From Podarcis liolepis (lineage: Eukaryota), in assembly GCA_965112155.1 (NCBI GenBank), contig OZ218099.1: a stretch of DNA of 64,000 nt; one strand, 5' to 3'. Under the pieces are notes generated by a model that saw only the letters and a list, made by a program, of their open reading frames with translations, did not search any database and had not been told where the DNA came from. The translations under genes were made by a program, and so were the position numbers. Positions within the stretch are counted from its first letter, which is position 1. Each line of letters begins with the position of its first letter. Below, piece by piece: positions 49,527 through 62,242 of the stretch.

Positions 49527-51034
49527 GTCTACTCTAACATGTTCATAATAGATTCAACACACACATGCTATCAGGAGATCAATCAAACCATATCCTTTAT
49601 CACCTGAGGATAAGAGAGCAACAACAGCTTACTATTTGCAAAGTGCACACAGCTTTTCTATCATTCAAACGTGTAATTATCTCTAATGTATTAATACCTC
49701 TGTGTCAAAGGACAGCCATCTCCTGCTCTCGGCTTTTTTTGCCAAACCAAATATATCTGCCATCTTGAGGTTTTAGGGCTGTGTGTGTGTGTGTGTGTGT
49801 GTTTTTAAAGTGCTTTTGTTGCAGCTTTTCCGTTACCTTCCTTGAACAGGAGAGATAAATTGCATGTTTTATTCCAGGTCAGTCCCACCAACGCCTTAAT
49901 ATTTACTTAGCACCTATTATTAGAAAGCCTTACTTGCTACAAACCCGCATCCTTTGTAGCTGCATCATTTTTTGTCATTTGGTCATTGTGCAATCCCCTA
50001 GATCGCCTCCCATCCCTCCCCGGGCAATTCTGCTGCTAGCTGATGAGCCCACAGGAGACGGCAGAAGTGCTTATTACTAGTCCCCAACTACATGACCTTA
50101 CACTCTACACTATCAAATTTCATCCAATTTCTATTTCTCTATTCTGAGGTCATGCATTACTTTCCTAATCCTTATTTGTATTGACTATGCCTATTGATTG
50201 CCAGTCATCAGCAAAATTTGGCAAACAGTTATCATAACTCTTAAGACATTAGAAACAATGAAACTGCATTTAGGCTAGACAGTTGCAATTGTTTCACTTT
50301 TAAAAACTTGAGTTTAGTCAATCAGATCTACTTCGCTTCCTTTTGCGTACTGTTTCAAACTCAGGCTCATAAAACAAATCTTTTTTTATTCTCAGTTTCC
50401 TTTAAATACAAAAACAATGTCTATTCTGCTTTATCTGTCCCCAATAAGTTTTGAAAATTACAAAATGTAAGTATGTAACAAAACTAAACTTCTCTTGTTC
50501 TTAGCTTTTCATAAATATAAAGAATTTAATGTGATCTATCAATGTGACTGAAATATACACTTTTAAAACCCATAATTTTAATCTCTTTGCACATTTCAAG
50601 TCAAGTTCAAAACACACAATATTAACATCACCCAGGCCTCAATCACAGGGCCAAACTGGAGAAGAGGTCAGCAGATTCATGATGTGGCTTCCCTTATTTT
50701 TAGAAGATAAACTTAGCTAGGAAAACTGGATGAGAGAAAGAGAGGGGGGTTAATCTTTCCCCTTGAACTGCCTCCTTAGTGTTAACCTCCCATGGTGTGG
50801 AGGGTACATGCATATTTTCTTGCTGTGGAGCAAAGAACTGCTGCTGAGAAAGGGATTTTAAAGAGTGGGAAATGGCACTGGCATAAAGGGTTAAACCCTC
50901 TTCCCTCAGGAATGCAGCCTTGGTTTGATCTCCTTGGCTGCATTCTTTCTTTCCAGTTGACTCACTCTACCAACATTTCCCCTAGTTTGGCTCTCACTGA
51001 GATGGGAAAGCCATGCCTGCACTGCACCAATTCA

Positions 51035-51870
51035 ACAGGGAACACCAGAAGAGCCACTGGCCCGTCCAGACCAGCATCCTGTTCTCATGGAGGCCAACCA
51101 GATGCCTGTGGAAAACCCGCAAGCACTCGCCCCTCCTGTGGTTTCCAGTAACTGGTATTCAGAAGCATCGCTGCTTCCAACGGTGGAGGTAGAGCACAGC
51201 CATTGTGGTTGGTAGCCATTGATAGCCTCCTCCTTCATTAATCTGTCTAATCTTCTTCTAAAGCCATCTAGGTTGGCGGCCACCATGGACTTCTGTGGGA
51301 GCGAGTTCAGCTATATGCTGCGTAGAGGTACCTTTCTGTTCCTGAATTCAGCTTCATTGCATCTCCATGAGTTCTGGCATTATGTGAGAGGGGGGAAACC
51401 TTTCTCTATGTCATGCATAATTTTATAAACTTATATGGTTGCCTCCTACTCACCTTTTCTCCAAGCTAAAAAGTCCCAAACACTGCAACTTTTCATCACA
51501 GGGAAGACGCTCCAACCCCTTGATCATTTTGGTTGCCCTTTTCAGAACTTTTCTCAACTCTACAATATCCTTTTTGAGGCAAATTGACCAGAACAGTATT
51601 CAAAATGTGGCTGCAGATTTGTGTAATATCACTGTGATATTGGCAATTTTATTTTCAACTCCCTAGAGTGGAATTTGCCTTTTTCACAGCTGCCACACAC
51701 TAGGTCAGCACCTTCAGTGAGCTATCTACTATGACCCCAAGGTCTCAATGCCTGGTCTATCACCACCAGTTCACATCCCATATGTGTATATGTGAAATAA
51801 AGATATTTTGCCCCGACATGCATCATTTTACATTATCTACTATGACCCAAAGGTGTCGTTCCTGGTTCAT
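51035..51870 (-). mobile_element. CR1 LINE 3' fragment
   Basis: The - strand encodes VAANLDGFRRRLDRLMKEEAINGY (CR1 ORF2 C-terminus), with further decayed ORF2 sequence upstream. Confidence 0.8.
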
Positions 51871-52337
51871 CACTTCACTTCTCCTTCATGCTCCACCACT
51901 GGGCAAAGAGCTAGACTAGAGCCTGGCTTGCTCCTCGTGAGAGGGTCAGCACACAGTTAACTTAGAGGGGAGGCAATCTTCGGGCAACTATAAATTAGTA
52001 CAAGCTTCACCTCTCCGCATTTCTTTTGGTTGTCTGAAGGATCTGCAAACTAATGGGCAGCAACCCTGTGTCAGAAAAGGTAGCCAGGATTCACAATTGC
52101 AAAGGATCACTTTAAGCATGGTTATAGCCAAGACTGGTTTCTTCTTTGTAGTTTGTGCAATCCCCCAAAGCCTCTTTGGAGAGAGGGCAGGAAAAGCATG
52201 CCAGGAACACACTGAACAGGATGGGCTGCAGCTCAGCAGTAGAACATGTGCTTTGCAGGCCAAAGGGCCCAGGTTCAGTCTTGGAAAAATTCGTGTCCAT
52301 AGTCCTGGGGAGTAGCTGCTGAAACAACACTAAACTA

Positions 52338-52965
52338 CAGTGGTACCTTGGGTTAAGAACTTAATTCATTCTGGGGGTCCGTTCTTAACCTGAAACTGTT
52401 TTTAACCTGAGGTACCACTTTAGCTATGGGACGCAAGTGGCGCTGTGGGTAAAACCTCAGCGCCTAGGACTTGCCGATCGTCAGGCCGGCGGTTCGAATC
52501 CCTGCGGTGGGGTGCGCTCCCGTTGCTTGGTCCCAGTGCCTGCCAACCTAGCAGTTCGAAAGCACCCCCGGGTGCAAGTAGATAAATAGGGACCCCGGGT
52601 GCAAGTAGATAAATAGGGACCGCTTACTAGCGGGAAGGTAAACGGTGTTTCCATGTGCTGCGCTGGCTCACCAGATGCAGCTTGTCACGCTGGCCACGTG
52701 ACCCGGAAGTGTCTCCGGACAGCGCTGGCCCCCGGCCTCTTAAGTGAGAAGGGTGCACAACCCCAGAGTCGGACACGACTGGCCCGTACGGGCAGGGGTA
52801 CCTTTACCTTTACCACTTTAGCTAATGGGGCCTCCTGCTGCTGCCGCACGATTTCTGTTCTCATCCTGAAGCAAAGTTCTTAATCTGAGGTACTATTCTG
52901 GGTTAGTGGAGTCTGTAACCGGAAGTGTCTGTAACCTGGAGCATCTGTAACCCGAGGTACCACTG
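52338..52965. mobile_element. Tc1/mariner-type MITE (main subfamily) split by a Sauria SINE
   Basis: TA|CAGTGGTACCTTGGGTTA ... TAACCCGAGGTACCACTG|TA. Confidence 0.92.
52427..52810 (+). mobile_element. Sauria SINE, full length
   Basis: gggacgc head, A-box tggcgctgtgg, B-box ggttcgaatcc, BovB-like 3' segment, (ACCTTT)n tail; 14-bp TSD TACCACTTTAGCTA at 52413-52426 and 52811-52824. Confidence 0.93.
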
Positions 52966-53813
52966 TACATGGACCAATAAGCTGATTTGGTCTAAGGTAG
53001 CTTCTCGGATCAGGCTTACACTTTGACTCCAAACACCACTTTCTAGGCATTAGTGTTTTGCATGCGTGCTCATTTCTTGAAGACAGCAGCAGCAGCAACA
53101 ACAACATATTGGAAGGCATCCTTAGATTTCTAGGAAACAAGTTACACTTGTATGGCAAACCCTGTGTAGACTTTAAATGAAGTGTCTGGAACTTGCCTAA
53201 TCAAGCTGCTTTAATATTCCACTTCCAATTCTACTGTAGATTCTACTGTAATCATGCATCATGCATTCACAGAAACACTAGCTTAAAAAGTGAGGTCTAA
53301 AATAGCAACAGGAAACTGTTCTCCAAAGGCTTTCCCAGGACAATGAAACGACAGAGGTCTATAGTACTATAGTAAGAGCAGTAGACAACAATCCAGTGCC
53401 CCAATATAATGCTAGAAACAATGGACAAAATTAATTGACAACTTTAAAAATGGGACAGCAAATTTAAGTATGGTACAAATGATGTAACACATCTCACCCG
53501 TTATACATAGGAATTTCTAGATGCCCAGCCTAAGAAATCTTAGAAGAATGGGCTTCATGCTTTTCATGCTCAAAATTATTTACCAACAGCAAAATGGCAT
53601 ATAATATTAAGAATATTCACATCTGATTCATGTCATAGTTCAAATGAAGACTTGAAGGTCATAACCTGAAAATGTGCAATAACTGTGTGCTTAATCTCTG
53701 ATGCACTATTAGCTTCTGCATAAAAATGATGCAGTATAAAATGGTAGGTACAATTCTGAAAAATTACAGGTCTGCAGGCAGTACTGTACTAAGGGTTGTA
53801 CTATAGATGCACC

Positions 53814-53949
53814 CAGTGCTATTTTTCTAGAAAAAGGCGTGCTGGAACTCATCATGAACGCCTCTCCTGTTCTCTTATAATGGCAACGGCGCCCACCTGA
53901 GAGGTGCCAAAACTGAGTTCTGGAAAGTTCAGGCTGAAAAAAAGCCCTG
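53814..53949. mobile_element. Short hAT-type MITE (second partial copy at about 54883-54980)
   Basis: TIRs CAGTGCTATTTTT / AAAAAAAGCCCTG; 8-bp flanks gatgcacc / gatatacc. Confidence 0.75.
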
Positions 53950-56900
53950 GATATACCAACTAGAGCCCACCCTGGGACCTTGCAATGAAGGATACCGGTA
54001 AGTAAGACATCTAAGAAAGAATTAAATATGTACCTATATCACATTTACATACTATTTCTACTGGCATCTTTAGTTCAACTGGCAAGAGTATGCTGTACCA
54101 CATTTTTCTTCCCAGAAATATACAGCATGTTGAGGACGGAATTTAGGTGGAAGAGTGAAGCAAGATGTGGCACAAACACATGGTCTAATATATACCCGAG
54201 TCTTGAAAAGGCTATGTCTACAACTCTCTCATCAGGCATCTTTTAAACTGAAACTGCCAACTTTTACTGGCTGCCGCTACATCTCTGCCTGTTAACAATA
54301 AGTTCTTCGGGTGACATTAGCAGGAGATTATGCTGGTTCCTATACCCTCCAATCACCCTGGTTGATTTCTGCATATTGTATGGTTGTGAAAGGTACAGGA
54401 GAAGGCCCAGCTGAAGGTTTTCAGATCAACTGGCAATTATCCTTTAAATAGGGAATTCAGCAGCTAAACCAAGATAGCTGCCCTAAAATCTCCCGCCTAC
54501 CTTTCTTCCGTGAAGTCTCTGCTGTGCCTACAAAAACTGCCTGCCAGAAATCCAGCTGCTGTGCACATCAGAAATATTTCCTGCTCTCCCACACACTGCT
54601 CAAAACTATTTTTACTTATACCTTGTGTTTTCCCCCCACTCATCTCCTTTAACACCTAACTTTTAACATCTTGGCCTACCTGAACTACAAACTCTTCAAG
54701 GCCTGGTCTCTGAGAATCTTGGTTATCAATATCAAATTCTAGAGGGTAACATTAGATCGAAACCATTGAATAGACAGAAATCATTGCACAGCAGAATAAG
54801 CAAGTCTCTTGACCAACACTGGCCAAAAAAATGCCCTTTTCAAATTATTTAACTGAATTTTGGTGAAGGTTCTTGCCTGTACCAGTGCTATTTTTCTAGA
54901 ATAAGAAGTTATAATAGCAATGTTGCCCACCAGAGAGGTGCCGGAACTGAGTTCTGGTGAGTTCTGGCTGAAAAGAGCTAAATCAAAACCAGAATGAAAG
55001 AAGAAAAATGCCTTTTTATTAAAAACTACAACCATGTTACAACACTCAGAGGTAAAAAGTGCATTCTAGATGTTCACCACCCTTTACCTAAAACAACGCA
55101 TTTTATAAAGCCTGCAGTAGAAACAGAAAGTCTCTCCAGAAAAATCAGCACAGTGAAATCTATGGGAGGAAAGCTTGCAATATCAGTCAATATCAGTCCC
55201 TCATCAAATACTTATCTCATTCAAAACAAGCAATTTCTTATAATTTCTACCCTCAATTTTGCAAAGATCACACAAACACTTTTCCTACACTGCCAAGTTT
55301 CAAAACAAACTGCTGAGCCATTTTGAACAATAAGCCATAGAATCCACTGCCCTTCGCCCAATTTCTCATTGTGCCACTCAACCTTAACACAGGGCTATGA
55401 TTGTGGCCTGAAGTACTGTAAGTTAATAATATTCATAATAAATAAAAACAGAGGCATTTAATTTTTCTGCTCCTGTACCTTCCTCCACTACTACATTTTT
55501 AAAAATAAAATATATTATAGGAGCTGAATTTCAATTTCTCATGGACACAGTTTTGTACAATGCATCTACAGCAAGAAGAAATCATAGATGCTAAGGTAAT
55601 AGAAGGTGGACAAGGTCACTTCACAAATCCAGACTACTGAATTTTCACACTTCTGCTCTACATCTAAACATATATTGCACTAAGTTTTCTCTCTCATCTT
55701 CCTTTTCACATGTACAATTTAGTTGCATTTGCTGAAAGTAGGGATGTCAGTACACAAGCTCTCAAGGTTTGATTTTAGGCATGGTTATGGTTTGCTGAAT
55801 GTTTCCTATTAAAAATGTATAGGTATACAACTGGTCAACGTGGTAGTACAGAACTGGATTCAAAGACCTCATTTATTACTCAATAATGCAGACTATATCA
55901 GCCCCATTCCACTTCTCCTATTACTACAATTACTAAAGTATTCCTGGCTATTAAAAAAACAGCATTTGGGAAGTAAAAGAATTATCAAATCAAAAACAGG
56001 ACTATTTCTGAACTGCACAGAACGAAGTAGAATCAGCCCTTTAGCTTGGAAGTGAAAAGGGGCAGCTTACAAATTAGCTCGCTTATCTAGATGGCTCCAC
56101 AGATGTTCTGTAATACAGGTAGCCATTGTGCCAACATAAAAGCAATCCATTATGGCTGCATTCATTATAATCCTCTCAAAAGGTCTTTGTTCTAAACATA
56201 CCCATATTCTAATACTAGAAAGGTCTTTGAGGGCTAAGGAGTGGGCCAACACCACCTTGCTCAAGCCACAATTTCTATAATGCATAATGCACTTTTAAAC
56301 AGACATCCTGACAGCTTATTAAGTATGAATCTTGGCCTGTATACTGGCTGCAAACAAGTGGGTTTTTTTAAAAAAAACGCTGCTAGTTATCAAATTGCTT
56401 TGGCAATTGCTCAGCTACAGCTCCAAGTTTCTACAGACTCCAGGTAATTGTTAGTGGCTAGCTAAGCTCTTTCTTAGTTGTTAGCCCTTCTCATGAATGC
56501 GCCCCAAACCATAGCAAAATGTAGCATAGGCCCACTGGGGATGCAAAGGACCAGGACAACAACTTAGATGGCTTCATCACTACTTCTTACTCTGGGTTTG
56601 CCGCCCTTTCTTCACTCATTTTTAAAATGGGGAATCCAGACTCTGTTGTTGGGAATTCAGTGGTTTGACTTATCTTGTTTTTTCAGACTTCATTTGCAGT
56701 AGGGGTGGTTTGTTTGTTTGTCTGAAAAACAAATCAATTGCTTTACCAGTCGCCCCGTGTGAAGAGGCAAGGCACTCTTGTGCAATTGGGACTGCTATAT
56801 TTTTAGGGAAATACATCCACAGCTTTCTTCTTTCCTTCCCCCTTACTTTTTATACCATGTGATGAATGAGCAGATTAGTGATATCAATTGCCTTAGTGTC

Positions 56901-57289
56901 AGCATCTGCTCAGCTGATAAAGAGGGTGCAGTATAATCATTTCCTCTAGTATTTTATCGCAACAAAATAGTACTATTTTGCTATTAAAAAGCGAAAAGAG
57001 AAAATAATGTAGTATGATTAGTAATTAAATCTTTCCCCTGAGGGAACAAACAGAGACTGACACTAGGGCAATATGGCCGGGGGGGGGGGGACGGGGGGAC
57101 TTTTCTTTCTGGCAGCAATCAAAAGGAAGGAAATATGGACAGAATCTGAAAACAGGAAACTTTTCATTAACACTGGAAATAACTTTTGAGTGGCACTTAT
57201 AAGTAAACATTGTAGATGGATCTTGGCTAAGGAATAGAGTACAGTGCTATACTAAGTGTAGTGTGGAATCTCAGTTTTAACAACATTTA

Positions 57290-57479
57290 CAGTGGTACCT
57301 CAGGTTACATATGCTTCAGGTTACAGACTCCACTAACCCAGAAACATTGGGTTAAGAACTTTGCTTCAGGATGAGAACAGAAATTGTGTGGCGGTAGTAG
57401 ACCCCGTTAGCTAAAGTGGTGCTTCAGGTTAAGAATGGACCTCCGGAACGAATTAAGTACTTAACCCGACGTACCATTG
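57290..57479. mobile_element. Tc1/mariner-type MITE (main subfamily, opposite orientation)
   Basis: TA|CAGTGGTACCTCAGGTTA ... TAACCCGACGTACCATTG|TA. Confidence 0.9.
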
Positions 57480-59690
57480 TATAGCTAACTATAAAAGAAC
57501 AATGCTGCACTAAAGTATGGAACCACCCGAAAAAAGCAGGCACTGCAATTCTCTTTTTCAGATAAATGGTGTTACCCTTCAGAATAGCAAGGACACATGC
57601 TTCAAAGAGACTAATTCCTGCTCTTCCAGTAGCTGTTTTCTTAGATACAAAAATTCTTATTGTGTTATGGTGACTAAAATACTGCTTTGCTCTTTATCTT
57701 CTGCCTACTCCAAACTGTGCCTTGGGAAAACAACTGCAAGCCCAAATCTCTTAACTGAGCAATTATTCAACGATCACATACTTTTATCTTACTGAAAGAA
57801 TTTTATCTTTTCACCAGATTTAACATCAGCAGCTACTTTTAAAATTATTTACATATACTATGATGAAAGCTGAAGAAGTGATACTGTTTCACAGCATAAA
57901 ACAGTAACTGCTAAAACAACATTGTTTCCAATAAACTGAAAACAGGAACCCAAGGAAGAACATTAAAAAGCAATAAAAAACATCTGTTTGCAGCTGTCCT
58001 CTGAAGTAAATGCTACAGAAAAAAGCATGCATAAGTTGCCCTTCATTCCAAACACCTTCCGTTAAGGACATGCTTTTTAAAGATAACCAATACTTTTGCG
58101 CATATTTGCCAAAATATGGTAAGTTGCAGTTTAGATTACAAAACCAATAAGAAAAAAATATTAGAAAGCCACACCATTTACAGCTGCTCAGTCTTAAAGC
58201 ACAATATCTCAACCAGGTCACATTCACCTGTACAACAGATTAAGAATGATTACTTCTGATCTGACACTATATGATAGTAGGACTAGAACCCTATTAAAAT
58301 ACTTTTTATACCACTGAAATACATGCAATTAAGTGCTTGCTTCTGTCCTTGGGAAAACCAAACATGTAAGCACTTTAATCATTTAATAATCTTCTATTAT
58401 CACAACTTTTGGTTATACAGCAAAATCCAATGTTAGTAAGAGTAAACCCATTGAAATAAATGGACTTTAACTTACACTACCTCAGTTTCTTACATACACA
58501 GATATGAGGTAATACTTTGCAGAATAACACATTCAAAATAATGTGTTTAGTTATAACAAAAACATTTTTAAAAGAGAGACACAAGAACAAAGGTAAAATA
58601 TTTACTCTAGACAACTGATCAAAATAGTTTGCTACAAAGGCAAAATGCATGTTTTCAAGAGGAGATGAAAATTAAGTGTCTATCTCCTTAGAAGTGCTTT
58701 GTACATAGAACTTGTGCTTTTTGGAGCAGTGAGGAAGCTCATTTACAGCCTAAGTATTTTGAATATTTGTGTAGCTACTGCTTAACTTCCCATTATAGTT
58801 TAAACATATCTTTTTGTTTTCTTATTTTATCATCAGGTTATTGCTTTTTAAAAATAATGTGCAATTAAATCTCTTGAGCAGCACTTCTTTGAAAAATTAT
58901 GGGATTAAAATATATATGCAATGATCATCTTATCTCTCCTGCAACACTGCAGCAGATTAGTTGATGCAGTTTGTGTTACAACTGCCTGCAGACAGAACAG
59001 AGACAATGACTCCTCATCCTAAAGACATCTGGAGAGCAAGGATACATACATTTGCTACATAGAAAGGTAAAAGACTTTTGCGCAGCAAATGTCAGTATAC
59101 TTGGTGTTTTCACTACTTTCTGTATATTTTAAGACATTTCAATTTTAAGAATTATATGCTTAAAAAAATAAGATCCCCCAAAATCATTAGTCTAACCATA
59201 CTTCCCGTTGCCCAAATGAATTATACATATTATAACAAATGCAGCCGTAACAAACTTTGTTTGCAATTTGCATAGAAGTCACATGTATCACATAACATCC
59301 TGGGAACCGTTTAGGTAATGACTTAATCACTTGTCCTTTTATTGGAGTAGAAGATATTTCTATTCATTACTTCATTTTGAATAGGGTATTAAAGAGGTCT
59401 GTTACTCATTATGTATCTGTGAAACCCTGACATAGAATGATCCAGAACTATAAGGTGAATAGTATTTGGTATGCTAATGAGACTCAGCTCTGTTTTCTAC
59501 TTTTCATCAGACCCAGGCCTGACAGTGGAATTACCTGACTGGTTGATTAGAGGGTGTCAACAACTATTTTAGGGCAGTGGGCATATTTGGGAATGTAATA
59601 AACTTTGGGGGCACCACACACACATGCTCTGCAACTATGCACACATCGTACACACTCATCCCTCCCACCAAACACTTAGACTTGAAAGTA

Positions 59691-59899
59691 CAGTGGTACC
59701 TCGGGTTAAGAACTTAATTCATTCTGGAGGTCCGTTATTAACCTGAAACTGTTCTTAACCTGAAACACCACTCTAGCTAATGGGGCCTCCTGCTGCCCGA
59801 TTTCTGTTCTCATCCTGAAGCAAAGTTCTTAACCCGAGGTACTATTTCTGGGTTAGCGGAGTCTGTAACCTGAAGCATCTGTAACCTGAGGTACCATTG
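59691..59899. mobile_element. Tc1/mariner-type MITE (main subfamily)
   Basis: TA|CAGTGGTACCTCGGGTTA ... TAACCTGAGGTACCATTG|TA. Confidence 0.92.
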
Positions 59900-60403
59900 T
59901 AGTCTTCTGTTGACTACATTTTTCCTCGCCTTTTGCAATTAAGCTCAAAAACTAAATCCAATAGACTCTTTCAAATCTAATTGGGGAGTAATCTTCCAGG
60001 AGAGTGCAACCAAGGAAAGGGTTAACTTTGTGCATTAAATCACCTTCTGTTGGAACCAAATTTCAGGCCTAATGGCTGAGCGTAAGAGATGATGTAGTCA
60101 ATAGAAGGTTTATTCCAAACCTAGCAGCAGCTTCACAAACACAATTTCATCAGGTTGGGCACAGCTGGGGCGGGGACTATTTATATTTTCATTCCCAGTG
60201 GTGACCCCCCCCAATGCCCCCTCACAGCAATTAGCCTTCAAAAAATTGAAGACCCAATATTAAGGAAGGGGAGGAAGTTACTGTGGGGGCCAGGAAGGTC
60301 CTGACAGGAACACATACACCCACAAGCGCTATGTTGGTAGTTCCAAGGGTTAGGCTGAGGAGGAACAAAGCCAGATATGATGACAGGGAGACTTGGGGCT
60401 ACC

Positions 60404-60640
60404 TCCATTCATTCTCACAACAACCCTGTGAAGCATAGCTGTCAACGTTTCCCTTTTATTTAAGGGAAATTCCCTTATTCCGAATAGATTCCTCACTAGA
60501 AAAGAGTTGCCAGCTACGCTGTGAAGTGAGCTTGTCAGAGCATGAACGATTTACTCAAAGTCACCCAGTGAGCTTCATAAATGAACTGGGAGTTGAACTC
60601 CAATCTTGCTGGCCTGAGTCAAAATTCTAACTACTACAAT
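60404..60640 (-). mobile_element. MIR-like CORE SINE remnant
   Basis: attctcacaacaaccctgtgaag...ctcaaagtcacccag...ttgaactc matches a reverse CORE-SINE layout. Confidence 0.6.
60434..60518. mobile_element. 85-bp hAT-type MITE
   Basis: TIRs CATAGCTGTCAAC / GTTGCCAGCTACG; perfect 8-bp TSD CTGTGAAG at 60426-60433 and 60519-60526. Confidence 0.88.
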
Positions 60641-60662
60641 AAATTCTGGCATTACTAAATTT

Positions 60663-61266
60663 GGAAGACTTAGCTCTCACCTGTGGCTCCTGGAAGCTGT
60701 CAGCATGTGACAGTGGCCACACCCGGGGAATGGCTTTGACTGGCCAGCTAAACCAGGTGAGGGTAGCCGATGTGTCTCAAACCCTCAGTGAGTTTGGGAA
60801 TTCCCCTGCGAGACTCCAGCAGATTGAGCGGAAGAGACCAATAGTGGGTTCAATGGTTAAGAAGGCGGTTTCTACATGTGCTGTAGCGGAAGTGAGGGCA
60901 AATGGGGCTCGTCAATTTGGGAAGGCAGCCTATTTGGGAAGGAAGACTCTGATCCTAAACCTTCACTGTCTTGTGGGAAAAGGCTAAGGAGTAAATCCTA
61001 CATAGTGGAGTCCCCAAGATGGTTTTATGCCTCCTTCCAGCAACTCCTGCAGCCAAGCTGGTGTCAAATGTATTGATCTGCTTTCCTTTGGACCACGTGA
61101 GTGAGGTCGAGGGTGGGTCTTGATGTCTGGGCAGCCTAGGACCTCCATACACACTGCCAGGCTTGCACCCCGGGGAGGTTACTTCGGAGCTGCTAACAGA
61201 GCGGTTTGACTTCACACTCAGAGGTGCAGTCCACTGTCTCTTGAGACGGATGGATGCTAACAGCAC
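60663..61266 (+). mobile_element. Probable non-autonomous RTE-derived retroelement (5' leader joined to 3' tail)
   Basis: GC-richer block with gggaaggcagcc...ggaagactctgatcctaaacc (recalled RTE 5' UTR motif) and a 3' hairpin gtctcttgagac followed by ggatggatgctaac; no clear TSD. Confidence 0.55.
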
Positions 61267-62242
61267 ATAGTAACATTAGCTAACAAAATCCACACTAGCT
61301 AATGAATCTTGGGTGTAAGGACTATCCAGAAAGATAAGATTCCCATCACTGCTCTGAGACAGGCTGCTGGAATTGTTATCCAAGGAGACAAAAATAAAGA
61401 TATCAAAAGCACGAGCCCCAAGTTTATATACTGAAATAAAATTAATCACAGACTTTAACCTGCAGAGCGAACTAAGGAAAGTAAATGGCGAGTAACCTCG
61501 CAATAAATACAACAGTAATGGAGCAGGCTATTCATTCAATTCTGCAGACCTACAGCAATTCCAGTAAGCCTTTTGTTTTCCTTCAGTCTCAAACCACTGT
61601 GAATGCCAGGTGGTTCCTAAGTAATCCCCCAAGAGAGTAAAATAAATGTCAGAAGCAAGAGGTTTGCTAGATGTGGTTTCTTAGGTGGGTAACATAGAAT
61701 AATGTTTCAGAGCATTAAAAACCTAAGCTAATGCATCAGAACTCCCAATTCTTCAAACCAATCAGCATTTATTCTTACCCCCCCAACAATATTTAATGCA
61801 AGGGCTGTTTATCTTTCTGATATCCTCTACATACTGAGAGATTTGAAATATATATTGACAATTATGACTCACATTAATGTTTGTAATGAATAAATGCTGA
61901 TTGCCCAGAGAAAAGTTGAGAGTTCGGGATGCTATTTTAGCTGAAAAGCACAACAAACTCAAAGGGGGAAAATAATACCAGCTTTTGTTTTGCTACAGCA
62001 GCATTTATTTTATTTTGTTGTACACCACCCTTCAATCCAAGAGTCACAGGGCGGTGAGCAATAAAATACAAGAAAACACGTGAGACTTCCCCAAGTCATT
62101 TGCTGAGCTGCAAGGGTGTCATAAAGGGCTCAGGATTATTCTAACTGCCACAAACTTAAACAATCAGCACACAGGGTTCAGGGACAAGAAAGGGTTCAAT
62201 GTTCTTGGTGTAAAAAGAATTAATTAAGAAACACTCATGAAC

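Larger units (their letters stand above)
52223..53006 (+). mobile_element. tRNA-derived Squam-type SINE split by a MITE
   Basis: Head gcagctcagcagtagaac...ggttcagtc; the body resumes after the MITE as catggaccaat...taaggtagcttc. Confidence 0.65.

Noticed and set aside
52428-52510. tRNA genes (also near 2405, 52223 and 62243)
   Set aside because: The A and B boxes belong to SINE heads followed by SINE bodies and tails; no complete cloverleaf is evident.
57079-57098. G-homopolymer as a regulatory G4 (also the C-run at 9532-9544)
   Set aside because: Simple homopolymers of uncertain assembled length with no supporting context.
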